A stretch of 45,635 bases of DNA from Limisphaerales bacterium (GTDB lineage Bacteria; Verrucomicrobiota; Verrucomicrobiia; Limisphaerales; SIBE01). The stretch lies in contig JBGAIN010000048.1 in NCBI GenBank assembly GCA_044225505.1, positions 1 through 45,635 on the forward strand. Direction: 5' to 3'. The position numbers and the translations under genes are program-made. Below are positions 1-9,850 of the stretch, one piece after another; positions within the stretch are counted from its first letter, which is position 1; each line of letters starts with the position of its first letter. The notes under the pieces are model-generated. The model saw only the letters and a list, made by a program, of their open reading frames with translations. It did not search any database and was not told where the DNA came from.

Positions 1-312
1 GACCAGGACGGAGCGGTGCTGGCCTACGCGTGTTTCGGAAAGAACCCCATGACGCAATTCGCCTTTGATCTCTACTGGCTGGCCACCCATCGCGAGCACA
101 TGCGGCAAGGTCACGGCTTGGCTCTGGTGCAATTTGTAGAAGCGGAGGTTAGACGGCGTGGCGGCCGACTGTTGGTCATCGAGACGTCTTCGAAAGGCTC
201 TTACGCTGGCAGTCGCGATTTTTACGTCCGCCTGGGATGCGAATTGGCCGGTGTTCTGCCGGACTTCTACGATGTTGGCGATGACCGCGTGATTTATTTC
301 AAGCGGCTTTAG
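1..312 (+). CDS. GNAT-family N-acetyltransferase, 5' truncated by the window edge
   Basis: Frame is open from base 1. Motifs FDLYWLA, acetyl-CoA loop RQGHGLAL and ETSS..Y..SRDFY..LG. Confidence 0.85.
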   Translation, partial: DQDGAVLAYACFGKNPMTQFAFDLYWLATHREHMRQGHGLALVQFVEAEVRRRGGRLLVIETSSKGSYAGSRDFYVRLGCELAGVLPDFYDVGDDRVIYFKRL

Positions 313-1336
313 CGACGGGACTTCCTGACGGGCCGTGCGGGTGTCCGTTCATCGAGCGCGCGGGTCCCGTGCGCGACAGTGCGGACTCGATTATTCCTCC
401 GATCAGCTCTGAGTAAGTGATGCCGGAGAGCTGGGATAGGATACACAGATCAGACCGGACCGGGTGGAGGCCAGGCAGGGGATTCAGCTCAATCAGGCTA
501 ACGTTGCCCTTGCGATCACAGCGCAAGTCGATCCGGCCGACATCGCGGCACCCTAAACCGTGCCAGGCGGTCAGGGCGATCTCGGCCGCGCGTCGTGCGG
601 TTTTGTCCGTCGCCAGTTCGTAACGCACGCACTGTTCGTAGTTCGCCTTGTTGGCGTAGGAGTAGACCAGCGGTTCCGCTTCGTCCTGGAGAAGTATTTC
701 CATCACGCCGATCACTTGTGATTTTCTGCCAGTTCCGCGGATTCCAACGGTAAACTCCCTTCCGGGCAGGAATTCCTCCACCAAAATCGGTTGGCCATAC
801 TGGTGCCGCACCTGATTGTAGGTCGCAACCAGCGCTTCCGGACAACAAACGCGGGACGCGGCTGTAATCCCCTTGCTGGTTCCTTCGGCCACCGGCTTGA
901 GGAAGAGGGGGAACGGGAGTGTCACGGCGCGTGCTTCTTCCTCGGACTCGACCACCAGGAAATCGGGAGTTGGAATCCCCAGATCGCGGAGCACCCGCTT
1001 GGTCATCGCCTTGTGCAAGGTTAGGGAAAGGACCAGGGGATCGGAAAACGTGTAGGGAATGTTAAAACAATCGAGCAAGCACGGCACTTGCGCCTCGCGG
1101 CCGAACCCGTGCAACCCTTCCGCGAGGTTAAAGATCAAGTCCCAGCGCTCGCCTCGGAGCAGGCGTTCGGCGAGCGAACGGAGATGCCCGATCGGATCGG
1201 GTTCGAAACCCAACTCGCGGATGGTGGAGGTTAAAGCACGAATGGTCTCGTGACTTTCGAATTCGGCGGTCGCCTCTTCGCTGTAACCTTGATCTAGGTA
1301 GAATTGCCGCAGGTCGTACGTGACACCAATCTTCAT
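299..1336 (-). CDS. D-alanine--D-alanine ligase-like ATP-grasp protein
   Basis: FNLAEG, PYTFSD, KPVAEGTSKGI, EEFLPGREFTV, RIDLR and ELNPLPGL motifs. This is the MKIGxTYDLR subfamily, not canonical Ddl. Confidence 0.85.
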   Translation of the reverse strand: MKIGVTYDLRQFYLDQGYSEEATAEFESHETIRALTSTIRELGFEPDPIGHLRSLAERLLRGERWDLIFNLAEGLHGFGREAQVPCLLDCFNIPYTFSDPLVLSLTLHKAMTKRVLRDLGIPTPDFLVVESEEEARAVTLPFPLFLKPVAEGTSKGITAASRVCCPEALVATYNQVRHQYGQPILVEEFLPGREFTVGIRGTGRKSQVIGVMEILLQDEAEPLVYSYANKANYEQCVRYELATDKTARRAAEIALTAWHGLGCRDVGRIDLRCDRKGNVSLIELNPLPGLHPVRSDLCILSQLSGITYSELIGGIIESALSRTGPARSMNGHPHGPSGSPVAKAA

Positions 1337-1498
1337 CGCTCTTCAGACTCACCCGCCGGTCATTTGGATCCCCGTCCAGGTGGCCAGGGGATTCCAGCAA
1401 AACCGGTGGCGGTGAGCAAGTCAGAACCGGTGAACCGGCGATCACTGTCGAATACCGATTGACGCCGCGGGCAAAACCTGATACCGCCCCTCCCACTC

Positions 1499-2380
1499 TC
1501 ACAGCAAATTCTGATACGCGAGCCAGAGGCTGCGAAAATAACGCATCACCCGGAGAGGATCCTGGCTCTCGGGAATTTCCGCCAAACAGAATCCGGTGAA
1601 GCCGGTTTCCGTCAAGCGCGTCAGCAATCGGCGAAACGGGTATTCTTCAAGATAAAGGTCGCGCATATGCACCGAGAAGATCCTGCCTTTGACCATGTCA
1701 AAGTTGGCGTCGAAGCCAGCCCCATCCAGGTCGGTTTGATTGGAGTTCCAGCACGCGCCGACATCAGGGTGGTCCGCCGTATCCAAAATCGTCTTGATAT
1801 TTGGGAGCAAAGACGTGCCCGCTCCATGCACCTCAAGCCGGATCTGAACCCCTAAGCCCGCGCCGAATACCCCCAATTCGCGCAACGATCGTCCGATCTG
1901 TTCGAGCGTCGCTTGCACGGGCACCTCTTTCGGGAGTCCGTTGGGCCGAACTTTGACTCCGGAAGCGCCGACGTCATGGGCCAGACGGATATACTCTTTC
2001 GTAGCCTCAATCTCAGTGCGAAGCTTTGATTGGTCCGGGGTGTGATACTCAAAAGCACTGCCCAGTCCCATCAGCGTCACCGGCGAATCGGCAAAGCGTT
2101 TTTTTACCTCCGCCCGTTGCGCTGCACTCAATGCCGTCTCTACCCCGTGCGCGTGCGTCGTGCGGAGTTCAACTCCTTCAAAACTCGCGGCCGCGCAGTT
2201 CTTTATCAATGTTTCGAGGTTCCAGTCTTTGCCCAGGTTGTAGGTAACCATGCCTAGGTGCATTTTGGACCGGCCCGCCCATGAAGGGGAGGGGGCGCTG
2301 TAGGAGTTGGCAGGCAAGGACGCCCCGGCGAGGGCCAGGGCGCTGGTTTGTAGGAGGGCGCGACGGGAGATGAGGTTCAT
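1499..2380 (-). CDS. Sugar phosphate isomerase/epimerase (xylose-isomerase-like TIM barrel) with Tat signal
   Basis: N-terminal SRRALL twin-arginine signal. FEGVEL, IRLEVH and VHMRD metal-binding motifs. ATG at 2380 chosen as start. Confidence 0.8.
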   Translation of the reverse strand: MNLISRRALLQTSALALAGASLPANSYSAPSPSWAGRSKMHLGMVTYNLGKDWNLETLIKNCAAASFEGVELRTTHAHGVETALSAAQRAEVKKRFADSPVTLMGLGSAFEYHTPDQSKLRTEIEATKEYIRLAHDVGASGVKVRPNGLPKEVPVQATLEQIGRSLRELGVFGAGLGVQIRLEVHGAGTSLLPNIKTILDTADHPDVGACWNSNQTDLDGAGFDANFDMVKGRIFSVHMRDLYLEEYPFRRLLTRLTETGFTGFCLAEIPESQDPLRVMRYFRSLWLAYQNLL

Positions 2381-2457
2381 GGTGCGGTGCTTCGTGTTCA
2401 GCACGGTATAGCGCTTCGGCTTGACATTGTCACTCCGATCAGAAGACTCCCGCTCCC

Positions 2458-2787
2458 ATGGCAGCCATTGCTAAACAATTCGACGGTGTAACGGTCCTCA
2501 CCAAGGCCAACATCTACTTTGACGGGAAAGTGGTCAGTCATACCGTGCTGTTTCCCGACGGCACGAAAAAGACCATCGGTCTCATTTATCCGGGGAAAGC
2601 CCATTTCGGCACCGATAAAGCCGAGCGCATGGAAATCGTTGCCGGTGCGTGCGACGTCAAGCTGGACGGGCAGAGCAAGACGAGCCGCTACGAGGCTGGC
2701 CAACTCTTCGAGGTCCCGGCTAAATCCGGGTTCGACATCGAGGTCAAACAAGGGATTTGTGAGTATATCTGTTCATTTCTAGGTTGA
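2458..2787 (+). CDS. ppnP: Pyrimidine/purine nucleoside phosphorylase (DUF1255 cupin)
   Basis: [14 protein letters not shown]...DGTKKTIG...ERMEIVAG...FEVPAKSGF...YICSF is the PpnP signature. Confidence 0.92.
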   Translation: MAAIAKQFDGVTVLTKANIYFDGKVVSHTVLFPDGTKKTIGLIYPGKAHFGTDKAERMEIVAGACDVKLDGQSKTSRYEAGQLFEVPAKSGFDIEVKQGICEYICSFLG

Positions 2788-3136
2788 CCGAGCTGTCCGT
2801 GCTTGTTCTCTCGGGAGAACGACGGGATGCAGCGACGCTCATGGGGGGGGGCCGCCGAGTCATTGCATGTTCGCGGCTCGGGAGTTTGCGCTGTCGAGGT
2901 GGAAGGCGACCGCTGCCCCCTTTTCTTTTCGACCTCTGACGGCGTGCGTCCCGCAGGCACGCACCCCGGCCAGGCTGGGGCACATGCCGACAAGCCCGAC
3001 GCTGTCCGTTCGATGTCAGTTAGGCGTTGACTTATTTGAGTCCTGCTTGTTTCACGAGACGGTTCAATGTCCCTCGGCGAGCTCATCTCCATTTCCCTTC
3101 GTTGATCTTCCGCGCGCGCTGACCCAATATCCGACT

Positions 3137-3706
3137 ATGAACGACATCACGCGGGCCCTGGAAGGCGTTCAGCGGGGTGAGCCGGACGCCGCCTCAGCCT
3201 TGCTTCCTCTGGTCTATGAAGAGTTGCGCAGACTGGCCGCCTACAAGATGGCGAACGAACGGCCTGGCCAGACTCTGCAGGCGACAGCCTTGGTCCACGA
3301 AGCTTGGCTGCGTCTCAGAGAGTCCAATCAACAGGAATGGCGCGGGCGTGAACATTTTTTCAGCGCGGCCGCCGAGGCCATGAGGCGCATCCTGGTGGAT
3401 AAAGCCAGACGCAAGCTGCGGATTCGGCATGGTGGGGAATGGGAGCGAGTGGACGGTGAGTTGATCGATTTGCCGATCGCTGCCGACGATGAGAAGTGCC
3501 TTCAAGTGAACGACGCACTCGAGAATCTCGCGCAGGTGGATTCCAGAAAGGCCGACGTCGTTAAGATGCGAATGTTTGTTGGCTTGGAAGTGCAGGAGAT
3601 CGCTAGTGCGCTTGAAATCTCCGCCAAGACGGTTCAGAGAGATTGGGAGTTTGCCCGGGCTTGGCTATCGAGGGAGTTAAAGAAAGGGGCACAGGTTTCT
3701 GGTTAA
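3137..3706 (+). CDS. ECF-type RNA polymerase sigma factor (TIGR02999-like)
   Basis: LLPLVYEELRRLAA, TLQATALVHEAWLRL, AAEAMRRILVD and TVQRDWEFARAWL. True start is likely the ATG at 3137. Confidence 0.93.
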   Translation: MNDITRALEGVQRGEPDAASALLPLVYEELRRLAAYKMANERPGQTLQATALVHEAWLRLRESNQQEWRGREHFFSAAAEAMRRILVDKARRKLRIRHGGEWERVDGELIDLPIAADDEKCLQVNDALENLAQVDSRKADVVKMRMFVGLEVQEIASALEISAKTVQRDWEFARAWLSRELKKGAQVSG

Positions 3707-3744
3707 GCCTCATCTGGTGAGGTCGGATAATTTCCCCAGGCAGG

Positions 3745-5862
3745 ATGGAACGGCCAGATATCCGCGATGGGTCAATGAGTGAATTCACGGAAAGATTGGA
3801 AGCGCTTTTTGCGGCAGCGGTCGCATTGAAAACCGTTGAGGAGCGGGCCGAGTATTTGGACCGCGCTTGTCCGGACCCCATGTTGCGGCGCGAAGTGGAA
3901 TCCCTCGTGGCATGCCACGGGCAGCCCGATCCGATTTTTGAGCAGGGCAACCCAAGGGCTTGCTGCTCTGACCGGGGTGCTTCAAGCGCCGTCAGCTTCG
4001 TTGGCCATACGCTGGACGACAAATATCGGTTGGACCGCTTGCTTGGGCAGGGGGGCATGGGTGCAGTTTACTTGAGCACTCACGTGGGAACCGGCCGCGA
4101 CGTTGCGGTCAAACTAATCGCCCCGGAACTGATGCGTAAAGGGGAGTTTTTCCAGAGGTTCAAGCGCGAAGCTCGGGCGGCGGGAAGGCTTCGACATCCT
4201 AATATTGTCGATGTGACCGATTTCGGGGTAGCACGAGTCATGGACGAACGGGTGGCCTACCTGGTAATGGAGTATTTGGACGGATGCACGCTGAGCGATG
4301 TGCTTGGCGAAGAGAAGCGGTTGCCTCTCCACTGGGTCGTGGACATCATGGACCAAGTTTGCGCTGCCGTTCACGAAGCGCACCAACAAGGCATCATCCA
4401 CCGGGATCTCAAGCCTGCCAACATCTGGCTTGAGCCGAACGCTCAGGGCGGCTACCGCGTCAAAGTCCTCGACTTCGGGATCGCGAAACTTGGGGATGCC
4501 AACCGCGCTGCGGCACCGAGCGATGATTCCACGTGGACGCCAGCCCTGCTATCCTCCCAGAGCGACTTGGAAGCCGAGCCCGGATCGGTGCTGATTAATA
4601 CTGAAAGCACTAGCTCAGACGCACCCACGGTGGCGGCTCATCCGTCGATGGCCTCGATTGATCCTTGCGAAAGCTCATCCCAGGAAGGAGAAGAGTTAAC
4701 CCGCGCCGGAGCCATTCTTGGAACCCCAGCCTACATGTCGCCCGAGCAATGTCGCGGCCAATCGTTGGATGCCCGCTCCGATATCTACAGCTTGGGACTC
4801 ATCGCGTACCAGATGTTGTCCGGGACACTTCCCTTCGTTGGTGGAACGGGATCGCTCTTGCAGGCACACCAGACCAGCGAGCCGCCGCATCTGTCCGACT
4901 ACTGCAAAGGCGTTCCTACGGCCGTATCGGACCTCATCATGTCGGCTTTGGCAAAGGACCTGACCGCTCGACCGCAGACGGCTCAAGCTTTTGCCCACGC
5001 GCTGCGGGCCAACTCGGAAGATCTGGGAGTGCTTTATCGACGGGCGTTCGCGCTTTTGAGCGGATACTTTCCGCAGGTCCTAAAGCTTTCCCTGTTGGCG
5101 CACGCCCCCCTCGTGGTCGTCACACTCATCACGATGCCGTTGGCGCTGAGCGGCTGGAACTTGACGAAGCCGATGTCGATCTCTTTGGAAATCGCGCTCG
5201 GTTTGGTAAAGGGCGCGGCGATGTTTGTGACAGGATCGATTATCTCTGGCATGATGGCGATCATCGTGGTGGGTTTGGCCACTGCACCGCTGAAACCCGT
5301 AACTCTGCGCGCGACATTGACGATTCTGCGGCGCCGATTGCGACCGTTGCTTTGGAGCGGGCTACTCGTCACCGTTCGAATCCTGATTGGAATGATCCTT
5401 TTGGTTGTCCCAGGAATCGTGATGATGGTCAGGTATTGTCTATGGTCGCCCGTCGTTCTCTTGGAGGAGTTGGCCAACGGACCTGCCCTCGCCCGGGCAC
5501 GCAAGTTGGCGGCACGCTCGTGGCGAACCTGTATCGTGGCGGTCGGATTCCAGGTCCTGGTTCCGATGTTGGTGCAGTGGACTCTGTTTCGTTTGATCAG
5601 TCCTGCTTCCCAGCGCGACGACAGTGTCCGGATGAAGTTGGTGGGTGAGTTCACCAACCTCTGCAGCAGTATCTTCGTGACTCCACTCGTTTCTATCGTT
5701 CTGACTCTCGTCTACTTGAAGATGCGTCAGTTGAGCGGCGAGTTGCTTGTGCACCTCCCGCAGATCGACGTGGGGAGCCATTCGCGATGGGAAGTGCGGG
5801 TTCGGACGGGGTTTTCGGGGCGAGCTGGAGGCCGTAAAGGGGTTGCATCCAGCAAGTGGTGA
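3745..5862 (+). CDS. Hanks-type Ser/Thr protein kinase with multi-pass membrane C-terminal domain
   Basis: GQGGMGAV, VAVK, HRDLKPAN, DFG, GTPAYMSPEQ and DIYSLG. N-terminal ERAEYLDRAC...LRREVESL typical of ECF-linked kinases. Several hydrophobic helices at the C-terminus. Confidence 0.93.
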   Translation: MERPDIRDGSMSEFTERLEALFAAAVALKTVEERAEYLDRACPDPMLRREVESLVACHGQPDPIFEQGNPRACCSDRGASSAVSFVGHTLDDKYRLDRLLGQGGMGAVYLSTHVGTGRDVAVKLIAPELMRKGEFFQRFKREARAAGRLRHPNIVDVTDFGVARVMDERVAYLVMEYLDGCTLSDVLGEEKRLPLHWVVDIMDQVCAAVHEAHQQGIIHRDLKPANIWLEPNAQGGYRVKVLDFGIAKLGDANRAAAPSDDSTWTPALLSSQSDLEAEPGSVLINTESTSSDAPTVAAHPSMASIDPCESSSQEGEELTRAGAILGTPAYMSPEQCRGQSLDARSDIYSLGLIAYQMLSGTLPFVGGTGSLLQAHQTSEPPHLSDYCKGVPTAVSDLIMSALAKDLTARPQTAQAFAHALRANSEDLGVLYRRAFALLSGYFPQVLKLSLLAHAPLVVVTLITMPLALSGWNLTKPMSISLEIALGLVKGAAMFVTGSIISGMMAIIVVGLATAPLKPVTLRATLTILRRRLRPLLWSGLLVTVRILIGMILLVVPGIVMMVRYCLWSPVVLLEELANGPALARARKLAARSWRTCIVAVGFQVLVPMLVQWTLFRLISPASQRDDSVRMKLVGEFTNLCSSIFVTPLVSIVLTLVYLKMRQLSGELLVHLPQIDVGSHSRWEVRVRTGFSGRAGGRKGVASSKW

Positions 5863-6085
5863 AATAGCCATCCGTCTCGCCGCGCTGGGCGGCTGTATGG
5901 GGATCATTCTCGGATTGCGCTCCGCTGCCATAGCCTGCCACTTTCTGAATCTGCCCTTCGTTCTCGACGTCTCAACCGTTATTTTGGCGTTCCGTTTCTC
6001 CGCCGAAGTTGGTGTCGCGTTTGGCGACGTCCCAGCCTGGCAAACCGCCCGACTGGACCCAATTGAAGCATTACGCTACGAATGA
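5861..6085 (+). pseudogene. C-terminal remnant of a MacB/FtsX-type ABC permease
   Basis: EIAIRLA-ALGGCMGIILG...VGVAFGDVPAWQTARLDPIEALRYE* matches the MacB C-terminus. There is no N-terminus, and the segment usually found between IRLA and ALGG is missing. Confidence 0.75.
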
Positions 6086-6089
6086 ACCC

Positions 6090-6812
6090 GTGAACTGGGT
6101 TCTGAACCAACGAACCGTACGCCTGGCCTTGATCCTCGGCGTCGCGGGCTGGACACGGTGGACATCTCCCGCAGCGGACAATCCTAGCGACCCGCTCTGG
6201 CACAAAGCGGTCGCCCTGGCCTCCGCCAACGAGGACTGGGTCCCCGGTCTAACCATTGTGCGTTTGGACATCGTGCGGAAGGGAAAAACGAACGCCACGC
6301 ACGAGATCTGGCAGGAATCGCGGCTGGGGAGCAACGGAGCTGTCGTCAAGACCACTGTCAAAGTGTTGGAGGATGGCAAGGAGGTCACTAAACCGGAGAA
6401 GTCCAAAGAGGAGAATGACAAACACTCCCTTCGCAGTCCGTTTAATGCGCAAGCACAAGATCAGCTGACCGTTCAACCGACGCACCGGACGCGGTCGATC
6501 TTGGGAAAGAGTTGCGTCGGCTATGAATTTGTCACCCGAGATCCAAATGGGCCCAGCGCCCGTGGTCGTGCTTGGCTTGATCAGGAAACCGGGGCGCCTT
6601 TGGAACTTGAAAACGTAACGTTGGATCCGTTACCCGACAAGCATCTCAAGGAACTTTCAATCACGACACGCTACGAGACTCCATTCGAGGGAGTGTGGCG
6701 CGCGCGAGAGACGCTCATTGCCGCCAAAGCCAGCGTGTTCTTCATTTCGGTGGACACGCTCACCACCATATCGCTCACCAACTACTGGCGGAAACCAAAG
6801 CCCGCCCTGTAG
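6090..6812 (+). CDS. Hypothetical exported protein (beta-rich, possibly LolA-like fold)
   Basis: GTG at 6090 just after the permease remnant. Signal-like N-terminus. ILGKSCVGYEF...RAWLDQETGAPL is reminiscent of LolA-superfamily proteins. Confidence 0.6.
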   Translation: MNWVLNQRTVRLALILGVAGWTRWTSPAADNPSDPLWHKAVALASANEDWVPGLTIVRLDIVRKGKTNATHEIWQESRLGSNGAVVKTTVKVLEDGKEVTKPEKSKEENDKHSLRSPFNAQAQDQLTVQPTHRTRSILGKSCVGYEFVTRDPNGPSARGRAWLDQETGAPLELENVTLDPLPDKHLKELSITTRYETPFEGVWRARETLIAAKASVFFISVDTLTTISLTNYWRKPKPAL

Positions 6813-6847
6813 AAGAACAGGGACGCAGCTGCTCACCGCAGGCTTGT

Positions 6848-9800
6848 TCAGTATCCCAGCGCTTGCACTGTTGCCTGAAAATCAGCGGGCAATGGAGCAG
6901 GCGGGAGGACCTCAGCACTTGTCCTGTCCTGCGCCAGGTTCAGAAGCAACTGATCCGCGGCCGGATGTTTATCGATGTTCTCAAGCAACTGAAACGTATT
7001 GATGATAAACTTGCCTGCGCCCAAGCGGTAGGCCCCGAGCATGACTCCAGCTGCATACCCGTCCGGTCGGCTCGAATGGCAGAGAGCGAATGCGGCGGCG
7101 GCCGTTTCGTCCGGAGCATCTCCGCCTTCCAGGAAACGGCTGCTAATCAATGGACCGTAGTAGTCCCAATCCATAATCCCGGCCGGGGACAGCTTTCGAA
7201 AGAGCTCGTGTCGTCCCGCCACGCATTCCTTGTGATAGAGCCAGTCATGGAATCGGGTGAGCTGTCCCCGGTTCTTGAGGGGGAGCCAGCCGACCGGGTC
7301 TTTCTCTTTTTGGAAGACGCCAGGGTCCAGAAAAACGGCCCTGCTGCCTTGCGCGATGCGGGTTAGAAGGTCCAACCAGTCCGTCCGGCCGATCGTTGCG
7401 CCACCGACCAAGATAACCTGGCGCTGCTCGCGTGAAGCGTGCTCGATGGCCGTGGCAGAAATCCCATGGGACCTCAGCCAGGTCTCAACCGCGGGCGGAA
7501 GACCAGCACTTACGACGCGCAAGCTGTTCTCTGGAGTCGGCGGATCCGTCAGGTAAAACTCCAAGCGCCCCGCGGACGGAGCGCCTCCTCGCTCCAGCGT
7601 TGCGGCCAATGTGTAACGGCCCGTGGGGCCTGGAATACTCACCATTTCCGAAAACACTGACACGGCCAGTGGTCCATCCTCGCCATGCGCCGGCGTTGGA
7701 ATAACGACGTCCAATCGCTTCTCCCAGGCAACACCCGTCGGTCCCAGAACGCGCAGCCAGGCGGGATACTGGCCAGGGGCCAGGGCATTCTCGTTCGCTA
7801 ACATGATCTCCAGCTTAATGGGCCGGCCTGTGTAACTGTGCATTGGTGAGGCGAACAAACACCAGCGCAGCGGAGCCCAGCCTTCCTGCAATGTGTCCAT
7901 GATGCCAGGTTTGAATTCGCGCCAAAATGTCCATAAACCTTCTCCGGTGTAACCATGATCGAGAAGCCCGGTCAGATTGAACCCGCATATTTTTGGGTTC
8001 GACCGGATGAGGCTGAAGCCCAATTGCCGCTGACGGCAATGCAGCTGTTGGCTGGCCCGTAACATTTCTTCCGGGAAGGCATAAACCCCGTCCATGCCGA
8101 ACCGAGTCCAGTCTCCCCGGAATTTGGCCTCCGTTTGTTGGAAGAACTTGACGTCATCGGAGTCTGGGTTAGCCCCGTTTTGTTCGTAAAAGCGCAGCTC
8201 GCGAATCGCGTTCATCAAGCTGCCAATACCGTATTCGGAGAGGAACACCGGCTTGCTCTCACGGCCCAATTGGCGAATGCCAGCATCGGTCGCTGGGCTT
8301 TGCGGAGTCGACGGATAGACATGCGCGTCGCCCGCTCCTTCGAAATAACCGCCCCAAGGACCGCTCCGGGCTGTGCCCCGATACTCTGGACTCTCGACCC
8401 CCCAGGCGTATTCCCATTGCGTGCTGCCAGGGTTACAGATCGATCCGATATTATACTGCCCATCCCAACGGCCGCTTTGCTGCAGCACCAAGCGCGAATC
8501 GTCTAAAGACCGCAACAGTGGCAAGCTGCCTTGCGCGTGTTGAACCATGGGCCCATTGGACATCTCATTCACCAGCCCAAAGATCACCACGCTTGGGTGG
8601 TTGCGATCGCGCAAGATCATTTCGCGAAGACTGGTGTCGAAGCGCTCGGCCATTTTAGGAGAGTCCGCGAGGAGCCATGCTGCCAGGTTTTCCTCGTAAA
8701 CCATCAGCCCAAGTTCGTCACACAATTCCAACTGCTCAGGATGGGCCATGCCCGCAATGAATCGGACCGTGTTGAAACCGGAGGCTTTCATATAAATCAA
8801 ATCCTTCCGCATCAGGTCGGGCGCGGTGCTGGGTGGGACAATTCCGCCCACGGGAAAGTGATTACCCGTATGTGAACTCCTCAGAAAGATGCGTTGGCCG
8901 TTCAGATGAAAATACCCTTTCACGACTCGCAGGTCGCGAAAGCCAAACCGCGTTGCCGTTTCATCCTTGACGGTCTCTTGGTCCGCAACCACGCGCGTGC
9001 TCAGCCGGTAAAGGTTCGGGGTCTCCAGAGACCACCAGCGATGAGCTGGCACCATCAATCGACATTCGATTTGGCTGCGTCCGGTCGCAATCTCCTGCCT
9101 TTGCTCGAGGGACGCAACCCGTTCAGTGGCGAACGTGGGTGTGATTGAAAACTCCAGCCGCCCGTCTGGCACGACCGCGCCGCTATTTGTCAGTGTGACC
9201 TGGACCTGCACCTCACCGCTCTGCCAGTCCGGGCGCACATAAACGTCTTCAATGCGGATCGACGGTTTCCAGAAGACTTCGACCGGTTCGGTGATGCCTC
9301 CTCCGTTGTAGGAACCTCCGACTCCGATCCCGGCCGCAACTCTGTTGCGATGCGGAATTTCCGATAAGACGATGCCATCGATCGGTTCCGCTTTTGGATT
9401 GAGTACCCGCACGGCCAGCCTGTTTGTTTTTCCAGATTGCACCGCGGCCGTGATATCCAGAACAAACGGAGTCTCGCCCCCTTCATGGCTTCCTACCGCT
9501 GTGTCATTGACCCAAACGTTCGCCAGATAGTCGACCGCGTGAAAGCGAATCAGGCAGCGGCCGCCTGGGTAGGGGTTCTCCGGGACGCGGAAAGCGAGCC
9601 AGTACCACGCTACGCCATGGTAGCCCGGCAGTGACTCTTGAAAAATTCCTGGAACCCGTGCCTGTTGAGCGGCTCGCACGGGGTCTTTCCACCAGGCCTC
9701 GTCGCGCCCTCGATTGTTCGGATCTGCCGCGACGCGCCAGTCCTGTCCATCCAACGACACTATCGTCGCGCCGCAGGTTGGGCCATTCCCGCCGATCATC

Positions 9801-9850
9801 AAAATCGCGGCCAGCAAGCCGATCCTGAGTGTATCCATGTTCCAGTTCAT
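6848..9850 (-). CDS. Secreted glycoside hydrolase family 2
   Basis: Signal peptide. GH2 sugar-binding domain (FHAVDY..VWVN..HEGGETPF), TRFGFR, CDELGLMV, RDRNHPSVVIFGLVNE (acid/base) and FLSEYG (nucleophile). Confidence 0.9.
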   Translation of the reverse strand: MNWNMDTLRIGLLAAILMIGGNGPTCGATIVSLDGQDWRVAADPNNRGRDEAWWKDPVRAAQQARVPGIFQESLPGYHGVAWYWLAFRVPENPYPGGRCLIRFHAVDYLANVWVNDTAVGSHEGGETPFVLDITAAVQSGKTNRLAVRVLNPKAEPIDGIVLSEIPHRNRVAAGIGVGGSYNGGGITEPVEVFWKPSIRIEDVYVRPDWQSGEVQVQVTLTNSGAVVPDGRLEFSITPTFATERVASLEQRQEIATGRSQIECRLMVPAHRWWSLETPNLYRLSTRVVADQETVKDETATRFGFRDLRVVKGYFHLNGQRIFLRSSHTGNHFPVGGIVPPSTAPDLMRKDLIYMKASGFNTVRFIAGMAHPEQLELCDELGLMVYEENLAAWLLADSPKMAERFDTSLREMILRDRNHPSVVIFGLVNEMSNGPMVQHAQGSLPLLRSLDDSRLVLQQSGRWDGQYNIGSICNPGSTQWEYAWGVESPEYRGTARSGPWGGYFEGAGDAHVYPSTPQSPATDAGIRQLGRESKPVFLSEYGIGSLMNAIRELRFYEQNGANPDSDDVKFFQQTEAKFRGDWTRFGMDGVYAFPEEMLRASQQLHCRQRQLGFSLIRSNPKICGFNLTGLLDHGYTGEGLWTFWREFKPGIMDTLQEGWAPLRWCLFASPMHSYTGRPIKLEIMLANENALAPGQYPAWLRVLGPTGVAWEKRLDVVIPTPAHGEDGPLAVSVFSEMVSIPGPTGRYTLAATLERGGAPSAGRLEFYLTDPPTPENSLRVVSAGLPPAVETWLRSHGISATAIEHASREQRQVILVGGATIGRTDWLDLLTRIAQGSRAVFLDPGVFQKEKDPVGWLPLKNRGQLTRFHDWLYHKECVAGRHELFRKLSPAGIMDWDYYGPLISSRFLEGGDAPDETAAAAFALCHSSRPDGYAAGVMLGAYRLGAGKFIINTFQLLENIDKHPAADQLLLNLAQDRTSAEVLPPAPLPADFQATVQALGY

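Noticed and set aside
299..1336. Assigning the symbol ddl (peptidoglycan ligase)
   Set aside because: It lacks the canonical N-terminal GGxSxE motif and cell-wall gene context, so it was left as Ddl-like.
2843..2851. G9 homopolymer as a phase-variation tract
   Set aside because: It is intergenic, about 290 bp from the next start codon, with no identifiable promoter elements around it.
2867..3136. 90-codon N-terminal extension of the sigma factor ORF
   Set aside because: Family similarity begins at MNDITRAL (3137); the extension looks non-coding.
4665..5648. 327-aa alternative-frame ORF inside the kinase, and many other long overlapping or antisense ORFs in the track (e.g. 12353-13498, 26907-27782, 40727-41500)
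   Set aside because: They overlap well-supported genes, have no recognisable motifs and are expected shadows in high-GC DNA.
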